A stretch of DNA of 64,000 nt from the human T2T-CHM13v2.0 reference genome, Homo sapiens. The position numbers and the translations under genes are program-made. This document shows positions 12,762 to 22,130 of the stretch, piece by piece. The stretch lies in the NCBI RefSeq assembly GCF_009914755.1, contig NC_060928.1; one strand, 5' to 3'. The notes beneath the pieces were generated by a model. The model was not told the DNA's origin, did not search any database, and saw only the letters and a list, made by a program, of their open reading frames with translations. The stretch's first letter is position 1. Each line of letters opens with the position of its first letter.

Positions 12762-13011
12762 GAGTAGAGAATTGAACTGTGAAAAAGAAGCCCGAGATTC
12801 CCCAGCGACGTGGTGTTGCAGCCCCGTTGAAGGAGTCAACTTGCAGGCTGTTAAAGACCTCAAGTCATTAGCATCAGCTGCTGCACTAAAGGGGCAAGTC
12901 AGCGCCTCTAAGTGGCTTAGCGCACAAACGAGGCTCCCGAGACGGCCTCGGCAACTCCATCCCCTCCTCCACCACCCGCTGGATGTGAAAAGCTTTCCGG
13001 AGCCCATCTTG
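12762..13011 (+). other. PRDM8: Candidate 5' UTR exon
   Basis: Acceptor ctttcttcctttag| and a weaker donor TTG|GTAATC. Confidence 0.35.
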
Positions 13012-13149
13012 GTAATCATTTTTATTTTTAATCACCCTTGCCCCCCAACCCCAAGACCTCAGAGTGCCAACAGTACCCATTATAGACTCCCTCTGGGGCT
13101 GCGCAGAACGCACCAAGCAGAGGGGGGGAAAAACCCCACGAAAACAAAA

Positions 13150-14740
13150 ACAAACAAAAAAAAAACAGGAACTGTTTGAGTCCAGTAACCTGCGCTCTTC
13201 CCACCAACCTCCCACACCCCACCTCCGCCCACGTACCCGTGTCCTGGGACTAGGAGGTACCGTTATGTCCCCTTCCGAGGTCTGGTGACATTCTCACTCC
13301 AACCTCATCTCCCAAGCCACGGGAAGGCTGAGCCAAGTTCTCACCAAAGCGCATCCTTTCTGAATTTTGCAGGGGGAAGCTTGGTAGTGTTGGCGCTCCT
13401 GAAGAGAGACGACGCCCGTTTATCACCCCCAGGCAACTAGCTGCGCAAATCAGCGGTGGCTCCAGGGCTAGAGAATCCCTGGAGCTAACCGCACCCCTCT
13501 CCCTTTCACGGAACGCGGACTCCGGGGAAATACGCACGGGGTCCGCACGCGCTGGGTGTCCAGCTCTCTGTCACAGCTTCTCCAAGTGCCTAGTGAAACG
13601 GGGAAAGGCCCTCTCCAATCATTTTGGTACCTTCCTTTCCAATCCTGAAACGATTTTCCCCTCCTAGCAGTCCCAGAGGGCCCGAGCTTTAGGAGGAGGC
13701 GGGCCGGGACGCTCTCTGAGAGGCGTTGCCACCCGGGGTAGGCGCTCAGGATCTGCGGGGCGCGGGCAGGCCGGGGGAAAAAGCTGCGAGGCAGGCGGCG
13801 CCGGAGGGAGCGCCTGGCCCAGCAAAGAGTTAAAGGGAGGGGACGTGGGCTGTCACGCGTCATTGGGCAGATTATGTGCAGCAAACAAAAAGTGTGTGTC
13901 TGCGTGCCAGTCAGTCACTGCATCGGGTCCATCTGTACAACTCTCTCCGTTTCTCCGTCTCTCTCCCTCCCTCCCTCCCTCCACCCCCCCAATCTTTTTC
14001 TCCCCATCTCTCCATCTCTCTCTTATCTCTTCAGGAAGAGCCTAAAAGGCGGCAACACCAACACCTCTTGACATGGAAATACACTGATACAATAGGCAAA
14101 AGGAAACACTCGATTGCATCTTCCCGGTTCCAGGTGGCCTTATTTGGGAGATTCTATACTGACCTTATTCCTGGTAAGTCTATTTGCATTGATGTGGGAG
14201 GGGGATGGGAGGAAGACAGTTTGGTGGAAAGAGTAGAACATTTTGTCTTCCGTCTCCTTATTATCCAGAAGAGAGAGAAAAATAATTCTTGAGGGGCTGT
14301 CTACTGCCAGTAATATTGTACAAAAGGAGGAGCGGGTGGTGAGCACTTTGCCGGAGAAGCCGGAGACTGGGGAGCGCGCGGCCGCCAGACAATGCCTGCC
14401 TAGAGGGACGGGCCAGTGGCGGGCAGCAGCGACCGGCTTTCAGAAAGCCCCGCCGGCTCTGGGGTATATTCCCAGGGCAGGCGGATAAGAACCTGGGCCT
14501 AGAGCGGGGCACGGAGCTGTGAAACGTTGCGTGGCAAAGGCGACCGCACGCGGGCGGGCGCTCCTAGGCTCTTGCCCAGCGGTTATTGTGATGGGCTTGA
14601 GGCTCGTGGCGCCTGGCGCTGCGACTCCGACCGCTATTAGCGCGGCGTAGTGAGGACCTTTTTGCCGTATTGTTAGGTAGAACTGCATTTTAATGACTGT
14701 GTCCCTGCTGTTGCCCGAAGTGACGGGGCGACCTCCCGGC
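13150..14740. promoter_or_regulatory. PRDM8: CpG island / proximal PRDM8 promoter
   Basis: CpG-dense. Motifs: CTGTCA (MEIS-type, 13850-13855), reverse CCAAT (ATTGG 13862-13866), Inr-like TCAGTC (13911) and E-box CCATCTGT (13929-13936). Confidence 0.8.
13910..14173 (+). other. PRDM8: Non-coding exon immediately upstream of the first coding exon (start approximate)
   Basis: Consensus donor CTG|GTAAGT at 14173/14174 downstream of core-promoter motifs; splicing to 16488 gives ...CTG|TG ATG G. Confidence 0.75.
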
Positions 14741-15380
14741 ACAATGAAATGCTTGTGTGAAAGAGATTTTTAAAAGGAAGAGAGAAATTGGGGAATAAAA
14801 CGCTGAATTGAAGGAAATTGAAAAGAGGAGAATAGGATTCCGTTGAAAAGGAGATAAGAGGTTATGGGGTTTTTAAAATGTATTTTAATTTGAAATGAAA
14901 AAATCAGGATGTCTACCTTGTATGGGGTAAAAATGACCAGGGATAGATGATGCAGAATAAAAAAGTTTCTACTTTATGGATATTTTCCCTTATTTCTGCT
15001 GTCTGGGAGATACAGCCCAACACTTGACATTTGGGGGATGCAAGAGGATGAATGGAAAATGAGGCTAACCAAAGTTTTAGGCTATGTTAGCTGGAATGGG
15101 GGGAAAAAAGCACACCTTGTAATCACACGTGTAAGGTTAACTGGTTAATATAAATTAAAATAAAAATAGATGTCACTGACATTATTCCATAATGAACAGC
15201 TTTGCAGGAAAAGAATTAGATCTACTCTTTCCTGCTACTTTAATTATATAAAACATACATAAATAATTGCCAACAGTGACATTATTAGGGAACAACAAAC
15301 TTGGAGGAATATTTTGATTAGTCTGAAATACTAAGCAATGCAGCTAGTTCAAAGCTAGTTTAAAAATTTAAATACCTGGG

Positions 15381-15427
15381 TTTTTTTGGGTTTTTTTTTT
15401 TTTGTTTTTTTTTTTTTTTTTTTTTTT
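15381..15427 (+). repeat. Interrupted poly(T) tract in intron
   Basis: tttttttggg tttttttttt tttgtttttt... read directly. Confidence 0.9.
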
Positions 15428-16094
15428 AGTGATAAGTCTTGTATGGGGTGTCCAGAGGAAGGAAAATGTCCCTTTATGACACCTTAATAAAGGGCATTGG
15501 GGCATTACTTTCTAAATTGCTGCGGATTAAACAGCTGGGGAGCCCACTGAGGAGTGCTCAAGCAGGGCTGCCCCCTCTTGCCCAAAAAGGGTCATATGGG
15601 GTAGGGGGAGTGAAAATTTACCAGTCATTACACACAGTATTTCAGACTGGGGACACTTTAGGCCTGTCCTGTACCTGCTCACTTCATGAGCCACATGTGA
15701 CTCAATCCACCCCCTTGTATAACAAGGTAACCGGGATTCACTCTCATCCATAAATAAGCACGTCCAGAAAAAAAAATTACCTCTGCTTGCTGCTTTTAAT
15801 TAAAGCCTCAGAGGAACAGTGTTGGATTATGGTAATGAGCAGACATACGTCCCTTCTTGTAGGCTGCAGAGAAAGGTTAGCTGACACAGAATTAGTGGCC
15901 CTGACATTCCACTTGAAATCCATTCGCCATGCTCCGCTGTCTCCGCCTGCTCACTAACGCTGTTCCCCTCCTTGGAAGAAAAGAAAAAAATCAGCTCCCG
16001 GGCACCCAGTTCAATACATAGGCAGACAGGCACTTTCCCCCAAGGGTTAGAAGTTTCTTTCAGTAAGGGAAGTCTATAGGCTGGTTTAAAAAAT

Positions 16095-16104
16095 TATATA
16101 TATG

Positions 16105-16149
<45 letters not shown>

Positions 16150-16161
16150 ATATATATATAA
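16095..16161 (+). repeat. (TA)n(TG)n(TA)n microsatellite
   Basis: Read directly from sequence. Confidence 0.9.
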
Positions 16162-16489
16162 TTCTGCCTGGAACTTCACCTCTAAAACCTACCCAATCCA
16201 ACATCAAGGTAATGCAAAAATTATCTAGTCTTTCCTAGCCCTTTCTTTTCTTTCTCCCAAGCAGTCAGCTCCAGATCTCCCACTATTCTAATTATTTTAA
16301 CAAGTATCCCTTAGTTTTCATCTTTAAAATATGCCATGTTTATCTGCTTTAATTTTGAAATAAGAGCTATGCAAAAATCAGGCATGTGCAAGGAAAATCT
16401 ACCTAGTATTTGGACAGTTCTGCTTGGGTTAATGGCGTTAAAAGCAGTAACATAACTCACTTTCTTGTGCTGTGTGTCTATCTCCAGTG

Positions 16490-16708
16490 ATGGAGGATAC
16501 TGGCATCCAGCGAGGCATCTGGGATGGAGATGCCAAGGCTGTCCAACAATGTCTGACAGATATTTTTACCAGCGTTTACACCACCTGCGACATCCCTGAG
16601 AATGCTATATTTGGTCCCTGTGTCCTGAGCCATACTTCCCTATATGACAGCATAGCTTTCATAGCTCTCAAGTCTACTGACAAGAGAACAGTACCGTATA
16701 TCTTTCGG
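16490..16708 (+). CDS. PRDM8: PRDM8 coding exon 1 (MEDTGIQRGIWDGDAK...VPYIFR; N-terminal PR/SET domain)
   Basis: Acceptor tctccag| ends at 16487, ATG at 16490, donor CGG|GTAAGT; 73 codons, phase 0. IPENAIFGP is a PR-domain motif. Confidence 0.97.
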
Positions 16709-17698
16709 GTAAGTCTCCACTGTAGCTGTGTAGGTGTATGAGGGTAATGTCCTGTTGGAAATGGACTAAAAATAATTAAAATGACAAGTGGAGATAGGTT
16801 TTGCCTGTGGAAAAATGCAATAATGCAAGCAATCCCATTTCACACATCAAAAATTAGAAAAGGAAAATTAAACTCAAATTATTGTCAACTGATTTTTTGG
16901 AATAAATGACAAAATTTGACTTGGAATGTTAGAAATATCTAAATCAGTGCTTCAGTTCTGGATTATCCTGGTGATGAACACGACTTCCTAAACTCTGGGA
17001 GATTTCACTGGGGTGGAGGCTATTTGCATACTAACTAGTTTCTGCAAGTTCTTTGACAAGTATTGGGTACATCTGCCTTCCATTTGAGGAGGCTTCTTCA
17101 TCCCCTAAAGATTAGTTTCTTTGGTAATATTAGCTAGTGCCCAGAGTTTGTATTTAAATAAAAATGTTTATGGTTTTGACAGTAAAGCATCATCAAATCC
17201 ATATGTCTGAATTGGAAGATTCAGACCTCTCATTTCCTATTCTTCTTTACAAAGAAAATCTATTAATTGTTCTAGCCAAGATTAGGAACATGATTGCCAT
17301 AGCATAATTTCTAAGATCTAAGCTTGCTTTATTTCTGAAACAAACAAAATTCTCCATACCTTTGTAATGTGGAATAACTTAGAAGTAAACTCTCAAGGGG
17401 TTAACACTAAATTATAAGAAGAAATTTCCTCATTTAGTATTCAACCAATATATAAAAACGGTGACTTAAATAAACTATATGATTGATGCAGTGTTTCAAA
17501 GAATGGTTATCTTGCCTAATGGTTACAAACATGAGGACAGGTCCCAGCTTGGGCCAAACTTTTGGAAGCGTGGTCTCAGACAATTTTTGGAAAAGACTAA
17601 CATAGAAGAAATGGTCTTGATTCTTCTGATTTCATTCCCTCATGAGGGTCCCTCTCCCCCTCTCCTTCTTGTCTTCTTTCATTTATTTCAAACCGCAG

Positions 17699-17930
17699 GT
17701 AGACACCTCAGCAGCAAATGGTTCCTCAGAAGGTCTCATGTGGCTGCGGTTGGTCCAATCGGCCAGAGATAAGGAAGAGCAGAACCTTGAAGCCTACATA
17801 AAAAACGGACAGCTGTTCTACCGCTCTCTCCGCAGGATTGCCAAAGACGAGGAGTTACTAGTTTGGTACGGGAAAGAACTGACTGAGTTACTCTTGCTCT
17901 GCCCCTCTAGATCCCACAACAAAATGAATG
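17699..17930 (+). CDS. PRDM8: PRDM8 coding exon 2 (VDTSAANG...WLRLVQSARDKEEQNLEA...EELLVWY; rest of PR/SET domain)
   Basis: Pyrimidine tract plus ccgcag| acceptor, donor ATG|GTAGGT; 232 nt, phase 1. Contains the PR-domain signatures W.R.V..AR...EQNL and ELLVWY. Confidence 0.97.
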
Positions 17931-18263
17931 GTAGGTTGGCTCGCGACCGGCGTGTGGGCCCTTAACTAGCGGGGGAGAGACGCAGGGAGCGGCAGGGGCT
18001 CACCCGGCGCGTTGGCGCGCCTTTCTTCCCTTCGGGTGTCTCATAGGAAGATTCTGAGATATAGTCTGGAATGAAGTTAAACAGATAGGTGAGGATAAAG
18101 CGAGGAAACTTGCTTGTTTGCTGTATTCCCTCCAAATCAGGAGGGAAAGTTAGATCAGGTTGGTCATTCTTTTCTCAGGCACTCAGGCCCTGAGAAATGA
18201 AGGTGGATTTGTCAAGGGGATGGTGGCAAACTGGCTTGGGGGCGATGCTGAGTAATCATGTGG

Positions 18264-18306
18264 TGTGCGTGTGTGTGTGTGTGTGCGTGCGTGCGTGTGT
18301 GTGGTG
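18264..18306 (+). repeat. (TG)n/(TGCG)n microsatellite just upstream of last-exon acceptor
   Basis: gtgcgtgtgtgtgtgtgtgtgcgtgcgtgcgtgtgtgtgg read directly. Confidence 0.9.
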
Positions 18307-18322
18307 TTTGCTCACTAAGCAG

Positions 18323-19941
18323 GGTCGTCCCCTTACACATGCCTGGAATGCAGCCAACGTTTCCAGTTTGAGTTCCCCTATGTGGCGCATCTGCGTTTCC
18401 GCTGCCCCAAGAGACTTCACAGCGCTGATATAAGTCCCCAAGACGAACAAGGCGGCGGCGTGGGCACCAAGGACCACGGGGGCGGCGGCGGCGGTGGCAA
18501 AGACCAGCAGCAGCAGCAGCAGGAGGCACCTTTAGGCCCGGGTCCCAAGTTTTGCAAAGCCGGCCCCCTCCACCACTACCCATCCCCCTCCCCGGAAAGC
18601 AGCAACCCATCCGCTGCCGCCGGCGGCAGCAGCGCGAAGCCATCCACAGACTTCCACAACCTGGCCAGGGAGCTGGAAAACTCCCGGGGAGGCAGCAGCT
18701 GCTCCCCAGCCCAGAGCCTCAGCAGCGGTAGCGGCAGCGGCGGCGGCGGCGGCCACCAGGAGGCGGAGCTGAGTCCCGACGGCATCGCCACGGGCGGCGG
18801 CAAAGGAAAGAGGAAATTCCCGGAGGAGGCGGCGGAGGGCGGCGGTGGCGCTGGTCTGGTAGGGGGCCGGGGCCGCTTCGTAGAGCGGCCCCTCCCGGCC
18901 TCCAAGGAGGATCTGGTGTGCACACCGCAGCAGTACCGAGCCTCGGGCAGCTACTTCGGCCTGGAAGAGAACGGCCGCCTCTTCGCGCCGCCAAGTCCCG
19001 AGACGGGCGAGGCGAAGCGCAGCGCCTTCGTGGAGGTGAAGAAGGCTGCCCGCGCGGCCAGCCTGCAGGAGGAGGGGACAGCCGACGGCGCGGGAGTCGC
19101 CTCCGAGGACCAGGACGCTGGCGGCGGCGGCGGCTCCTCCACGCCCGCGGCCGCGTCACCGGTGGGCGCCGAGAAGCTGCTGGCCCCGCGGCCTGGGGGC
19201 CCGCTGCCCAGCCGGCTCGAGGGCGGCAGTCCTGCGAGGGGCAGCGCCTTCACTTCGGTGCCGCAGCTGGGCAGCGCGGGCAGCACCAGCGGTGGGGGCG
19301 GAACGGGCGCCGGGGCCGCAGGCGGCGCGGGCGGGGGCCAGGGCGCCGCGTCGGACGAGCGCAAAAGCGCCTTCTCGCAGCCAGCACGCTCTTTCTCGCA
19401 GCTGTCCCCGCTGGTGCTGGGCCAGAAGCTGGGCGCGCTCGAGCCATGCCACCCCGCCGACGGCGTGGGCCCCACCAGACTCTATCCCGCCGCCGCGGAC
19501 CCTCTAGCGGTGAAGCTCCAGGGGGCCGCGGACCTGAACGGAGGTTGCGGGTCCCTGCCGAGCGGCGGCGGCGGCCTGCCTAAGCAGAGCCCCTTCCTGT
19601 ACGCCACCGCCTTCTGGCCCAAGAGCTCCGCTGCCGCTGCAGCCGCGGCTGCGGCGGCGGCCGCGGGGCCCTTGCAGCTGCAGCTGCCCTCGGCGCTCAC
19701 GCTGCTGCCGCCCTCCTTCACCTCGCTGTGTCTGCCCGCGCAGAACTGGTGCGCCAAGTGCAATGCCTCCTTCCGCATGACCTCCGACCTGGTGTACCAT
19801 ATGAGGTCGCACCACAAAAAGGAGTATGCGATGGAGCCCTTGGTGAAGCGCCGGCGAGAGGAGAAACTCAAGTGCCCCATCTGCAATGAGTCCTTCAGGG
19901 AGCGCCACCACCTCTCCAGGCACATGACCTCGCATAATTGA
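18323..19941 (+). CDS. PRDM8: PRDM8 coding exon 3 (C2HC finger, Gly/Gln/Ser/Ala-rich linker, two C2H2 fingers, stop TGA)
   Basis: Acceptor aagcag| ends at 18322, in frame with the 519-aa ORF. Spliced total 219+232+1619=2070 nt = 689 aa. Codon 261 (18652-18654) is TTC/Phe, matching the known p.Phe261Leu site. Ends CAKC...HMRSH and CPIC...HMTSHN. Confidence 0.98.
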
Positions 19942-20735
19942 CTCGGAAAGGACCCCAGCTTTCCACGCGCGCGCAAGCACAGTTAAGCCACCTGCAGGAA
20001 TAAACACGCGAGAACATCCACCGCTTCCTTGCACCCCGAAACCCTGCACAAAGACACATACATTCACCGCCCCCCCGCGCCCCCAACGCGCACACACACG
20101 TCCTCTCCTCCCAGGAACCTCATTCAAATATTTACCCGGGACATACACCCCCCCCACACACACACACACAGACACACTCACACACAAGAGCCAGGATGGT
20201 GGAGTTTTGATTGGGTGGGTTGTTTGAGGGGGTTTTCTTTTGAATGCACGCATTTTCACTTTCCCCAAAACAAAGGTACATTTTTTAAAATGTCATATAT
20301 TGCAACATATTGATGCATTTGTCATACGTTTCTACTTAAATTATTAAGCACTTACGATTTAGATGTAATAATTATATGTAAGGGCAAAATTTATTTTAGA
20401 TATAAAGTAAAGGAGGAGGGTGAGATGCTTTCTGCATTTCTTGATGACAGTTTGTGTTCCTACAAAAATAAACAAAATGAATAAAAAGGGATCACCATTC
20501 AATTTGAGTTTCCAGGGGGAAGTGCATGTATAATGAAATGATAATGGACTTCAATGAAGAATGTCATCAATTATGTACATATGTATTTTCTTTTAATACA
20601 AAGTGTAATTTTGTGCCAGTGAAATGGAGTCTGAATAGTTATGTGTTTCTTTTATCCCTGGAAATATTTATTAAACTTTATAGTTTATCCGAGTATGTTG
20701 GATGCTTTGACAATAAATGACTATTTTCTTCAAAG
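19942..20735 (+). other. PRDM8: PRDM8 3' UTR (end approximate)
   Basis: Follows the stop codon, with a CA-rich then AU-rich segment ending after AATAAA at 20712-20717. Confidence 0.8.
20712..20717 (+). terminator. Polyadenylation signal AATAAA (likely main site); others at 19999, 20467, 20480 and ATTAAA at 20670
   Basis: Hexamers read directly; upstream TGTA elements and downstream T/GT-rich sequence are present. Confidence 0.7.
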
Positions 20736-22019
20736 CAAATATTTGGAAAGTTTTTAAATTTTATCGTTGTAGTTAAGGACTATACTTTGAGTAAATGTCA
20801 CTTATTTTCACTGAGTTCCTGAAAAGAAGGGAAGAAACAGCATAAGAGAGAATGATAAACCTGGCACCATTTGCATTTATGTACTCTAAGCCAATTTTGA
20901 GCCTAAAAGAAGATAAGTTTTTATTATCACTTCGAAAATATTTAGCTGGAAAGTGTTGTGCATCTTGATCAAAGACAAATCATTTAGACAAAGATGCCTG
21001 CCATGCAGCTAACCTGTCACTGGGACACCAGCATTCTTTTCAGCAGCAGGATAATTAGCATCTTCACAAATGGTCTGAGACAAACAATGTTCAGGCTGGG
21101 ATCTGTGAGACCAGATGAAAAGCCCACTTTAGGTTCTACTAGTGATGGCTAAATAGAAGGGTATCTTGTACTCTAATGTCATTACAATGGCATTCTGTCA
21201 TAAGCTATTTAGAGATCCTGTGGGGAGTTTCCCTAAAAACCAAGGTGGAATGACCGTGGTTTGATCATGGTCTATGTATTGCAAGGCCCATCTTTCCTTC
21301 TAAAGGCATGGACAACTGTATAGCCTCTGCAAAAAACGTGTCCTGAAACATTACAATGCAGAAAAACCTGACGATTGCCCTCCTCTTTCTACTCTTCCCT
21401 TTATGAAAAGTACTTCTGTACTCTTTACATACTGATAACTAATTAAATATTGAGTGTAGAAAGTCTAGGTGTATGTGATAACGACCAGTAACCATTAGAC
21501 ATAAAACCAAATGAACGATAATTCTTTAGGCCTTAGGATAGCATGCACTTAATCCACAGGCATCTTCATAGTCACTCTGGAAACAGGCACTGCACTGGTT
21601 TAGCTATCACAGGAGTTGTCTCATTTTTTTTCTCCTTTCTTCACATCCTGAAGACTCTCCCCTGTATATGAAGGTGGAAGCTTGTGAAAAGGTCTGACAT
21701 GGGAAGTGTATACAAGGTCTCATTACAGGCTTTGCAATGGTTTTCCCTAACAGGATATTAAAGCCTTCATTATTTTAGGACCTCTACAAAGCAAGTTATG
21801 ATTAGGGCAGGGAGCAGGTTAAGAGTAGGTATAGAGCAAAATGATGTACCTATTGGGAATGTGACCTAGATTGCTAAAAAAGCAGGTGTGGTTCTTTAAG
21901 ATCATCCAAATATATATATATATATATATATTTGCTACATTTCTTTGAGGCCTGCTCTCAGTTTTCCTAGGCAACATTTGGATGATCTGAAACACTAAAC
22001 CCCAGCAAACTGTCTAAAA

Positions 22020-22130
22020 TTCTAATTCTACCTCTGCTATTCACAACTAGCGTGACACTGCATCTTTGTTGACATAATTTGAATTACTTGCAGCTTGGTT
22101 TTCTCATCTGTAAAATAAGCAAAGCAGGTT
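22020..22130 (+). mobile_element. MIR fragment
   Basis: ctctgctattcacaactagcgtgac...ttttctcatctgtaaaataag resembles the MIR core. Confidence 0.55.

Larger units (their letters stand above)
17930..20110. promoter_or_regulatory. Intragenic CpG island covering the last coding exon
   Basis: Extremely CpG- and GC-dense through the exon and into the proximal 3' UTR. Confidence 0.85.

Noticed and set aside
16488-16492. TGATG overlapping stop/start at the PRDM8 initiation codon
   Set aside because: Tracing that frame back through the leader exon reaches a TAG at 14093 with no ATG, so no AUG-initiated uORF ends here in this isoform.
18212-20268. Alternate-frame and antisense ORFs (up to 254 aa) overlapping the last PRDM8 exon
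   Set aside because: Expected shadows of very GC-rich coding sequence; no independent domain or splice support.
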